The notes under the pieces: model-generated | What the model was told of the DNA's origin: nothing | What the model saw: the letters and a program-made list of their open reading frames with translations, nothing else | Database searches by the model: none | Position numbers and translations under genes: made by a program | In this document: positions 9,106 through 17,072 of the stretch, in pieces | How positions within the stretch are numbered: the stretch's first letter is position 1 | Layout: the number at the start of each line of letters is the position of its first letter | Assembly (NCBI GenBank): GCA_050013255.1 | Contig: JBEKFP010000001.1 | Coordinates: forward strand, 384,001-448,000 | Direction: 5' to 3' | Source: Candidatus Bathyarchaeia archaeon | Lineage (GTDB): Archaea; Thermoproteota; Bathyarchaeia; 40CM-2-53-6 | DNA: 64,000 nucleotides

Positions 9106-10188
9106 ATGTCGGATAGTTTTCGAATTATTGCGACGACGGGACCGATGGAGAAAGTGTTGAAAGATGACCAAGGAAGACTTCTATCCTTTCCTGCGGTGAT
9201 GTATGAGTTCTATTCGTGGGACGCCCGCATATTCGCTGTAGAGCAAATCAAGCGGATCTTAGACAATCCTGCAACGTTCAATGGGTTGTCTAAAGAACTG
9301 CGCGACAAACTACGAGGCATTCTGGTCCTAGAGCTTGTGGCGAAATTCTGTGAAAGCTCCGAAGACCTCGCAGCGTTTGGCATTGCATTTGCGACGGAAC
9401 TGTACATGGACGCACTTGGCCCGGATGAGGTCTGGAAAAGAGTTGCGGAATACGAGACGGGAGACATTGTCAATTTCTATAGAGACATTACATTGAGAGG
9501 AGCAGATTACTTCGCGAACCTGCATGGATATCCACCTCTTCAACTTCAAGAAGATAACTCACGTATGATCCTATTTCGCTCCTGCAAGCAGTTAGCAGGG
9601 TACATGGGAACAGTTGCCCAGGCTTACATGAGTCTACGTGAACTTCATAACGCATACAAACATGGCATGAGGGTCTTCTTCGGAAGCTTGAGCGAAAAAG
9701 GCATAGAATCAATTGCAATTGCCTATGTCGACGCTGATGCAAACATCAAAGCCGTGAATTTTCCCCCCGAGTCGGTCGAAGAGGTTTACACGCTAGGGGT
9801 CCAATTAGGAAAGATCTTAGGAGCATTCTTGCAATGGCATAGTATTCGAATTCAGGTAACCAAAAAAGGCTCGATTTCGGTCTCCGCCCCGGTATTCGGT
9901 CACGGAAGCGACCTTGACAAAGGGTTGGGCATGCTCTTCTTCCCTACCTTATCAGAAACAAGAGCAACTCTTGTGAACGAAGCAGGGAAAGTTGCACTCG
10001 AACACGAAGCTGAGGTCGAAAAAATCGATCGCGGACATATTATAGCTGTTGATATCGACGCCCGAGAAATCCTTGCCTTCCACTCACCCAATCTCCGCGA
10101 CGTAATCTTTGAGTCATTCAAAGCGAGGCCCGGTGCAAGACTCGTCTTCCGCCGCATAACGAGTGATGGAAAGGTTGGGCCTTACTAG
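9106..10188 (+). CDS. HEPN-like protein with C-terminal DUF5678-like domain
   Basis: Helical protein with LRELHNAYKHG; C-terminal RGHIIAVDIDAREILA...RPGARLVFRRI. Confidence 0.45.
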   Translation: MSDSFRIIATTGPMEKVLKDDQGRLLSFPAVMYEFYSWDARIFAVEQIKRILDNPATFNGLSKELRDKLRGILVLELVAKFCESSEDLAAFGIAFATELYMDALGPDEVWKRVAEYETGDIVNFYRDITLRGADYFANLHGYPPLQLQEDNSRMILFRSCKQLAGYMGTVAQAYMSLRELHNAYKHGMRVFFGSLSEKGIESIAIAYVDADANIKAVNFPPESVEEVYTLGVQLGKILGAFLQWHSIRIQVTKKGSISVSAPVFGHGSDLDKGLGMLFFPTLSETRATLVNEAGKVALEHEAEVEKIDRGHIIAVDIDAREILAFHSPNLRDVIFESFKARPGARLVFRRITSDGKVGPY

Positions 10189-10392
10189 GAACCTACGAAT
10201 CATAATTGAAAGTGTGACACCCCTAGACACATAGCCACATGGAAGCGAGTCTAAATTATAGACGACTCATCAAAGCCTGCACATTCAGCCGACGAAGCTT
10301 CACCGACTCTTCAGGTGCAGGGTCATTTTCACTCAGCACTCGGTAAACGTTCGTAACCTCACAATCGAATAGGCTCCCGCTACCCTCTACCC

Positions 10393-10995
10393 TTGAAACC
10401 TGGAGGTGGGCGGAGAGCGTTGAAGGGTTCTTTCGGCGGTAAGGTCGAGAACGAAAATTCCGGTAATGTACGTAGTTTTTCGGTTCAGCTTCCAGCTAAC
10501 GTAACTGACTGGGTGGGGAAGGCTGCGGTTAGGAAGGAGAAAACGCCCGAGCAGTTTCTGCGGGAACTGATAATCACAAGCATAGAGGAAGAAGCCATGC
10601 CCCTAACGCTCCGGCTTCAGCGGCTCGACGAACTCGTCAAGAAAATGCAGGTAACAGTGAAGAAGACGCCCATGCAGGAAGAGAAGGACGCCAAGACGCA
10701 TGTCCACTCTTTAGAGGAACGAACTAAGAGACGGGAACACCTAATCGAACTAGGCCTAGAAGCCTACGACGAACTGAAGAAGATCGCAGCATCGGAGCAG
10801 GCTTCTAAAAGATCGAAGTCCCGCCTCCAAGCATTCGCCGTGATGGCCCGCATCGGCACATTCAACGCCGCCGTAATCCGCGACGCCGAAAACGACGAGT
10901 TAGGCACCCTCCTAGCCGAAGTAGAGGAGACAAATGAACAGTTCAAGGAGGAACTGGGAAAACTAGAGAAAAAGCGGCGTGAAGAGAAAGCATAG
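10393..10995 (+). CDS. RHH-domain + coiled-coil hypothetical protein (MGE-type)
   Basis: FSVQLPANVTDWV...PEQFLRELI RHH-like segment followed by long charged helices; start uncertain. Confidence 0.55.
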   Translation: MKPGGGRRALKGSFGGKVENENSGNVRSFSVQLPANVTDWVGKAAVRKEKTPEQFLRELIITSIEEEAMPLTLRLQRLDELVKKMQVTVKKTPMQEEKDAKTHVHSLEERTKRREHLIELGLEAYDELKKIAASEQASKRSKSRLQAFAVMARIGTFNAAVIRDAENDELGTLLAEVEETNEQFKEELGKLEKKRREEKA

Positions 10996-11335
10996 GAGAG
11001 GGAACGTTATCGCACAGGCACCTTCTGACATGCCCAGCGCCGAATCCCCAAGAAACCAACCGAAGCGCCTCAAACTAAAGCGCTATCGAAGCGTTCAAGT
11101 TAACTTCAGGGTTAGCAGAAAATGGCTGAACATAGTCATCATGTTAGCCAAGCTAGAAGGCCGCAGCAGCAGCGCCCTAATGCGTGAACTCCTCAACCTG
11201 GGCCTCGCACAATACGTGAACATACACTACCGCACACCCCAACTCATCAGGCAACAACAACTACAATCCATAATCAACAAACAACTACCCCAAGCCGCAT
11301 CTCAAGCCAAGGCAGCCCAGAAAAAAGACGCCTAA
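10979..11335 (+). CDS. CopG/RHH DNA-binding protein
   Basis: VQVNFRVSRKW...LAKLEGRSSSALMRELL. Confidence 0.6.
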   Translation: MKRKHRRGNVIAQAPSDMPSAESPRNQPKRLKLKRYRSVQVNFRVSRKWLNIVIMLAKLEGRSSSALMRELLNLGLAQYVNIHYRTPQLIRQQQLQSIINKQLPQAASQAKAAQKKDA

Positions 11336-11394
11336 CATTGAACTTGACGGTTCCTGTGTTCATATATATGTTCAAACATTTTTCTCGTCGGGTA

Positions 11395-11628
11395 ATGGTT
11401 TTGACAAAGACGCTAACCATACGCGATGAAACTTACGAGAAACTTGCAGCTGTCAAAGGGAAAAATGAGAGCTTTAGCGAACTGTTTGATCGGCTTGTTG
11501 ATGGGGCCGGTTCCTTGGAATCTTTGAAAAAGCTGAGGGGGAGCGTGGAGTTCGCGGAGAAGAAGAAGATGTTGAGGGAACTCGAGGCTTCTAGGCAGAG
11601 CGTAGGATATGATTCTCCTCGATACTGA
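11395..11628 (+). CDS. vapB: VapB antitoxin (COG1753 type), probable 3' frameshift extension
   Basis: TKTLTIRDETYEKLAAVKGKNESFSELFDRL. Confidence 0.8.
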   Translation: MVLTKTLTIRDETYEKLAAVKGKNESFSELFDRLVDGAGSLESLKKLRGSVEFAEKKKMLRELEASRQSVGYDSPRY

Positions 11629-11837
11629 TGTTCCAACTACCCATCCTGAATTACACTAAGGAAGACTCACGTCTCTCCGTCAAGCTTGAACTCGCTGCGG
11701 AGAAAGCGGGAACACCAGTACGCAGAACCGACGCAATGATAGCTGCCACAACCATCACCAACGAGGCGGATTTCTTCACGCTCGACTCGAAACATTTCGG
11801 GCCAATGAAGGCGTTTGGTTTGAAACTCTTTCGCTAA
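11609..11837 (+). pseudogene. vapC: VapC PIN toxin pseudogene (internal deletion + frameshift)
   Basis: ATG 11609 gives MILLDTDV then an early stop; the PIN C-half (TDAMIAAT...TLDSKHF) is in another frame; the middle of the domain is missing. Confidence 0.8.
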
Positions 11838-12396
11838 AGGATGATTACATTCAACTCTCGGGCTTTGTTCGTCATAGGCAGTTTCTTGGCAAATTCCTTC
11901 ATGTCCCGCAGACTGACAACGCCTCCTAAACTCACTGTCTGATCATTAGTGGAGAACTCTGGGCGTGCCTGTTCACCGCTCAACTTGCGAACTTTTCTTA
12001 CGAGCCATCACATCGTTCTCGTTATTGTCGTCTTCATCTTTGTCGGTCTTCTCATCTTTCTCCTTGTCCGTCATCTTCTCTTCTTTCTCACCCTCTTTCT
12101 CCATGTTTTTCTTATCATCAGCGTAATCATCGTCGTGATCATCGTAATCGTCGCCTTCGTCGCCGTCTCGGCCATCGCTTCCGTACCCGCTGCCGCTCCT
12201 GTAGCGGCGATCGTTCTTGGAGTCGCTGCAGCAGCATGTCTGGGAATCGGATCGGATATACAGTCAACTATCCAATGTCGTGAACTCGAAACATACTGAG
12301 ACTTGGATTCTCCGCGGAATGAATCGGCGTATTGTCCACTAGCACGCCTACTCGCGAAACAGCTCCGCCACATGATCTGACATGCTGTATCAAAAA

Positions 12397-12423
12397 TGTT
12401 AACTACTTAAATGCTAGTTAACA
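12397..12423. promoter_or_regulatory. Inverted repeat straddling a TATA-like box, probable autoregulatory operator
   Basis: TGTTAACTA-cttaaatgc-TAGTTAACA, perfect 9-bp arms about 30 bp upstream of the wHTH gene at 12455. Confidence 0.55.
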
Positions 12424-12454
12424 GAAATCATACACGAAAACATGGTGAGACGCA

Positions 12455-13390
12455 ATGAAACGAATTAAGCTAAGTCCGGATGAGCTGAAGTGCCTGCGCT
12501 TCATAGCAAGCCGCAGAACCTCGCGCGTCTCGGACATAGCCTCAGCCCTCAACATATCGAAAGTCCAACTGTCAAGGGTCATTTCCGGTCTCGTGGACAA
12601 AGGCTTCATCACCACAAAGAAGCAAGGCCTCTCAAAGAATGTTTCACTCTCCGAAACCAAACATGCAGCGCTCTGGAGAAGTCTGAGTTTGGAGTTCGGT
12701 CACATGCCTTTGCACAAGCTGCTATCAGGGGGAAGCCTTGAAGTGCTCTCGGCGATAGGCTCACAGCAGCTAACAAATAGGAGAACCATCGCAGAAAGCT
12801 CATTGATTTCGGAGGCAACCGCCGCACGGGTTCTCGAACGGCTGGGGCAGCTGGGCGTGGTTCAGAAGAAAGGCGCCTACCGCATTTCACCTAGGTTCCA
12901 GATTCTGGGCGAATTCACGGCCGAATTCAGGCGGTACATCAACCGAAAGGTGGCTCTCGAATTCGCCCCCGACGCCGCGATAGTCTGGGAGCGCAATGTG
13001 GAATTCATCGTAGAGAGCTCAAGATCTGAAGAATCCGATGGCTTCCTCCTGACGGGAGTCTCAGCGTTCGCGAGGTTCGGCGTATCACTGATGGCATCCA
13101 AGTCGCACTTCTTCCATTCACCCTTTGCAATGAGGCTGAGGCTGGAAGAAGTGCTTATCCATTCGCTCCTAATACCCAACTTCAGCCTGCTCCCAACACT
13201 TCTAACATGGAGAAAGAACGAGGCAAAACTGGATTCTCGATATTTGAGGGACTCCGCGGAGAAATACGATGTAGCCACGTCCGTAGCAGAGATAACTCGC
13301 TATTTCGAGAGCCACGGCGCAGAAAGACCAGACCGCTTCCCTCCGTGGAATGAGTTTCTCGCGAGAGCGAAGGAGTATGGAATTCAATGA
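12455..13390 (+). CDS. Tandem wHTH (MarR-like) regulator, AbiEi-like putative antitoxin
   Basis: VSDIASALNISKVQLSRVISGLVDKGFI plus a second HTH; ATGA overlap with the NTase gene. Confidence 0.7.
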   Translation: MKRIKLSPDELKCLRFIASRRTSRVSDIASALNISKVQLSRVISGLVDKGFITTKKQGLSKNVSLSETKHAALWRSLSLEFGHMPLHKLLSGGSLEVLSAIGSQQLTNRRTIAESSLISEATAARVLERLGQLGVVQKKGAYRISPRFQILGEFTAEFRRYINRKVALEFAPDAAIVWERNVEFIVESSRSEESDGFLLTGVSAFARFGVSLMASKSHFFHSPFAMRLRLEEVLIHSLLIPNFSLLPTLLTWRKNEAKLDSRYLRDSAEKYDVATSVAEITRYFESHGAERPDRFPPWNEFLARAKEYGIQ

Positions 13391-14211
13391 CCTCGCCGCG
13401 CATGTTTGGTGAGGCGGACCTAACTAAAGCCCTAGAGGGCAGTGGGAGACATGTCTCGCGGAAAGTAACAGCATATCTCATCGGCGGATGCGCGATGACT
13501 TTCATGGGAAGAAAGGTCGCGACAAAAGACATCGACATCGTGTTAGGATCATCCGGGGACGCGAAAGAATTCACAATAGCCTTGGGGCAGGTCGGGTTCG
13601 CCAGTGTTCGACATCTTACGAGTCCTTACACTAGGATGGGCGCGTTCGACATTGTGGAAGACAACGGGGGCATGAGGTTCGACATATTCGACCGCCAAGT
13701 CTGTAGGGCGCTGGTGCTAAGCAGCGGGATGAAGTCGAGAGCGCGCCTCTATCGAGCTTTTGGGAATCTCGAAGTGCATCTCATGGCACCCGAGGACATC
13801 TTTCTCTTCAAGGGCATTACTGAGCGCGAGGCCGACCTAGACGATATGCGTATACTTGCCGAGGTCGGATTGGAGTGGAAGACTATCGAGACGGAATGCC
13901 TATCCCAAACGCCTAGCGGACGCTGGGCCTACATGCTAGGGACAAAGTTGATGGAACTTCGCCAAAAGCACGGCATTGTTTCACCCATAATCAAGACCCT
14001 GATGGCTCATGCAAACATGGACTTACTAGTGTACGCCTTCCGCAATGTTCTTGGAAATCAGCAGATGAAGTTCAAGGAAATCGCACGCGGCATCGATGAG
14101 AAATACGGCTACAAGGACTCCTGGACGCGCAAGCAGCTCGCCTTGCTAACGACCAAGCGTCTCGTGCAGAGGAGCAAACGTGCTCGGGAATGCTTGTATT
14201 CCATGACATGA
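13387..14211 (+). CDS. DUF6036/AbiEii-like nucleotidyltransferase with C-terminal wHTH
   Basis: YLIGGCAM...ATKDIDIVL, EDIFLFKGITEREADLDD. Confidence 0.8.
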   Translation: MTSPRMFGEADLTKALEGSGRHVSRKVTAYLIGGCAMTFMGRKVATKDIDIVLGSSGDAKEFTIALGQVGFASVRHLTSPYTRMGAFDIVEDNGGMRFDIFDRQVCRALVLSSGMKSRARLYRAFGNLEVHLMAPEDIFLFKGITEREADLDDMRILAEVGLEWKTIETECLSQTPSGRWAYMLGTKLMELRQKHGIVSPIIKTLMAHANMDLLVYAFRNVLGNQQMKFKEIARGIDEKYGYKDSWTRKQLALLTTKRLVQRSKRARECLYSMT

Positions 14212-14463
14212 TGTCAGGATTGACAAAGTGGCAGGTCCTCTAGATGGAAGAGAGTAAGTGTTTAAGCTTCTGTTCAATCTCAGGGATTATTTTCCGGTCG
14301 TCTTGAATCCTTATCCTATTTCGTCGGTAGAGTTCTGTTAGGTTTCTCTCGACCCAGTTCACTATTCCCCATTCTGTTAGAATCAATCGTACCTGTCGGA
14401 TGTCGAGTCTTCGATGATTCTCCTTGATGAAGCCGTTTAGGCGCAAGGCGTTCTCGGTTGATG

Positions 14464-15816
14464 TCAGAAGTATCGAGTGATTGGCTTGAAGTTCGGTCGA
14501 GTCTGCTGTTGTGTTGATGCGTAGATGGCCAGTGCGAGGCTCCACAATTGATCGTCATGCGTGCCGGCTGGGTGGCTGAACTTTTGCGTCCCGGACTTTG
14601 TGGTTTCGCATTGTTGCTCGGTCATCTGGATTAGGAGTTTTGGGTTGTCTCTTGGGAGGGTGAGTTTGCCGTGTTCCAGGGCGAGTTTCAGTTTGCCCAT
14701 GATGTCTTCCTTCATTTGGGCGGTTAGGGTGACGCCTTCTATTCCTTGCATGAATTGTTTGATCTCTTCGTAGGGTCCTTCACCTACTCCCGTTTTGTCG
14801 AGGCATCCCGCCGCGAAGGCGTACGTCTCGTTCAGCCGCCTCACAGTGCCTATTACCGCGGTGTAGGGGGTCTCCAGCGGCAGTTCCTTGAGGTAGACGA
14901 GGCGAAGGTTGTCGTCAACCTTCTCTAGGATGGCGATTGCTGAATGGTCGGCGTGTTTCCCGAAATCTATCCCCACTACGAATTGGCCCTTGTACTTTTC
15001 GGCTTGGAGTGGATCCCTGTTCAGCGCATATTCGTCGTCCGTGCAGCTCAACACCAACTCGCTGGGCAGGAAGCTGAATTTGTCGTCCATGAATACGGCG
15101 TTGTATTCACGGTTAAAAGCAAAGTCACCGATGGTTCTCCTCTCCAGTTCCAACTTTTCTTTGGTAACCGTAGGGTTCATGGCACTCGGCCAAGTGTAGG
15201 TTTTGAATCCCAATTCAGGCTTGCTAAGGGCTTCATAGAATGGGTGGTCCCTCATCCACGGCGTGGAAGTCATTATCAGCCTGGCTCCTGGCCGCGTAAT
15301 CATCGTCGGCCTAACCACCGAGTCAATGACAATTCTCGGAATGAAATTCGCCTCGTCCAGAATGGCCATATCCGCCGTCTGCCCCCGTAGGGTCGACCCT
15401 TCCCTTCCACATGGCAACGCGACGATCTCTGAGCCATTTGTGAAACGGATGATAGTTCTCGATTGGTAGGTCATCAGGGCCTTGGCGGGGATGGAGGTTT
15501 CGGTTAGGCGGAGGATTTTGTTGAAGAGTATTATGCTCTGGCGTAGGCCTGCGCTGACGATTAGGATTCGCACTTGGTTCTTTGCGAGGGCGAAGTGTAG
15601 GGCTATAATCGCGGCTAGGGTTGTTTTTCCTACCTGTCGGCCGCAGCAGGCGGCAATAAGCGTGGAATTGTCCCGTAGGAATTTCTCCTGGTATGGGTAG
15701 GGTTGGAAGTGTAGGAATGTTCTCGCGAATTCGACTGGGTCGCGTAGGGCCTTGTGGTAGAGTTGCGCGTATCGTTTGAGGCGTTCACTGTCCTCCATGC
15801 TTCTGGGCCTCCTCAA
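14464..15816 (-). CDS. Terminase large subunit (ATPase + RNase H-like nuclease)
   Basis: CGRQVGKTT (Walker A), ILDEA (Walker B), TSTP, FNREYNAVF, GIDFG, HDDQLWSLALA; intact 450 aa. Confidence 0.9.
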   Translation of the reverse strand: MRRPRSMEDSERLKRYAQLYHKALRDPVEFARTFLHFQPYPYQEKFLRDNSTLIAACCGRQVGKTTLAAIIALHFALAKNQVRILIVSAGLRQSIILFNKILRLTETSIPAKALMTYQSRTIIRFTNGSEIVALPCGREGSTLRGQTADMAILDEANFIPRIVIDSVVRPTMITRPGARLIMTSTPWMRDHPFYEALSKPELGFKTYTWPSAMNPTVTKEKLELERRTIGDFAFNREYNAVFMDDKFSFLPSELVLSCTDDEYALNRDPLQAEKYKGQFVVGIDFGKHADHSAIAILEKVDDNLRLVYLKELPLETPYTAVIGTVRRLNETYAFAAGCLDKTGVGEGPYEEIKQFMQGIEGVTLTAQMKEDIMGKLKLALEHGKLTLPRDNPKLLIQMTEQQCETTKSGTQKFSHPAGTHDDQLWSLALAIYASTQQQTRPNFKPITRYF

Positions 15817-16234
15817 GGGCTTGCCTGATTTGCTCCATGATGTCGGATTGGGTTTGCTTGCCTAATCTGTCGCGGCGGCTGAGCGCTAGTTCTCGGGTTG
15901 CGTTCTCGATGATCTTCATCAGTTTCAGTTTGCTGTCGGCCACGACCGAGTACGTGTCAACGGTCGACTGCTTCGAGTCGAGGAATACTTCCAGGTTTTT
16001 CGCTTGTATTGCGGTTCGCGCAATCTGGTCGATGAGTATGTCATCTATGGCTGGTTCGTATCCTCCCGCCTTCTCCAGCACTTTCACTAACTTGTACCTA
16101 GTTCGTTCATACTCGGGGACGTCTTTCTTTGTGAGCAACTCCTGCTTCACTACTTTCGCCGGTGGGCCTCCAACGTGCTTTATTTTCATGGGGCCGCGGC
16201 CTCCTGTGTCTTCGGCTCGTGGTTGTCTCTCCAT
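15785..16234 (-). CDS. Putative terminase small subunit (P27-like)
   Basis: Directly upstream of and overlapping TerL; helical; DDILIDQIAR...RELALSRRDR resembles the P27 TerS ELGLTPxxR end. Start may be 16190 (MKIKH). Confidence 0.55.
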   Translation of the reverse strand: MERQPRAEDTGGRGPMKIKHVGGPPAKVVKQELLTKKDVPEYERTRYKLVKVLEKAGGYEPAIDDILIDQIARTAIQAKNLEVFLDSKQSTVDTYSVVADSKLKLMKIIENATRELALSRRDRLGKQTQSDIMEQIRQALEEAQKHGGQ

Positions 16235-16608
16235 GGGGCGTTTGCCAAGTATTGGAATAGGAAGTACCTCAGGAGACGTGTCCGTGTTAGGTTGTATTCG
16301 TGGGCGAGTTGCTTGAGGTCGACGGCAGTCCGGCGTGGGATCCAGACACCGATTTTCTTATGTCTCCTTTCCTGGCTAAGTTTCAGTTTGGGGGCTGAGA
16401 GGTTAGTCGTCACTGCTTCGGTGATCACTAAACCTCTTGAGCATGCTCCGCTCTCCCGCGCGGCTCGCTCTAACTCGTCTGCTTCCGAATCTGTTAGAAA
16501 TAGGAATAATCTGACGCGTCGTGTGGGCTTGCTCTGGTAGCTTTTCCTTGTCTTTCTGTTTTCCATGCGTGGTTCATATCGGCCGAAACCATGACGTTTC
16601 GGTGACAT
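16186..16608 (-). CDS. Tandem RHH DNA-binding protein
   Basis: Two repeats: RLFLFLTDSEADELERAARE and KIGVWIPRRTAVDLKQLAHEYNLTRTRLLR. Confidence 0.6.
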   Translation of the reverse strand: MSPKRHGFGRYEPRMENRKTRKSYQSKPTRRVRLFLFLTDSEADELERAARESGACSRGLVITEAVTTNLSAPKLKLSQERRHKKIGVWIPRRTAVDLKQLAHEYNLTRTRLLRYFLFQYLANAPWRDNHEPKTQEAAAP

Positions 16609-17014
16609 AGCCGAGACGCTGAGCCATCCGTATTAATCAGCTCGTCAACGCTCATCCAGCACGCCGCGAAAACAGCTTGTCTCCCGGACAAAGCTGCGAC
16701 ACACACCCGACGGCCCTTGCTCTAACGCAAAACAGCACTCAAAACCCGTACTGAACCGGAAAATCGAACCATTGACAACTCGAGGGTCCCAATGCTACCG
16801 AAGCTAAGTTTCCTGGCCACGTTGGACTTGAATTGAGTAGGCGTTATTCGTATTCTCTCCTTCTGTGGAAGAGATCGGTTATGCACACTACGTTGCCTTC
16901 GACCGCGTATATCGCCCGATAGTCGCCAATCCTTAGACGAAGGAGGCACCAGTTTCGCGGCACCATTGATTGCCGGAAGATTAGCTGGGATCGTAATGTC
17001 GAGCCTGTTTAACA

Positions 17015-17038
17015 TGAGTTGCATAAATATGCAACTCA
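17015..17038. promoter_or_regulatory. Perfect palindrome upstream of the CocE-dpp operon (operator candidate)
   Basis: TGAGTTGCATA-AA-TATGCAACTCA. Confidence 0.6.
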
Positions 17039-17072
17039 CAGATTACCGTGACTCTAAGAATGCAAGTAGATC

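Noticed and set aside
11949-12373. ORFs 11949..12299 (+, hydrophobic) and 12071..12373 (-)
   Set aside because: Shadow frames of the low-complexity acidic frame; the apparent TM stretch is the antisense of D/E/K codons
14464-16608. Complete provirus
   Set aside because: No portal, capsid, tail, replication or integrase genes, and no att pair, in the window
16710-16728. Possible third copy of the 86-bp repeat (cttgctctaa)
   Set aside because: Only about 10 bp match; chance level
16722-17039. 105-aa ORF on the minus strand
   Set aside because: No recognisable motif and it overlaps the operator palindrome; probably non-coding
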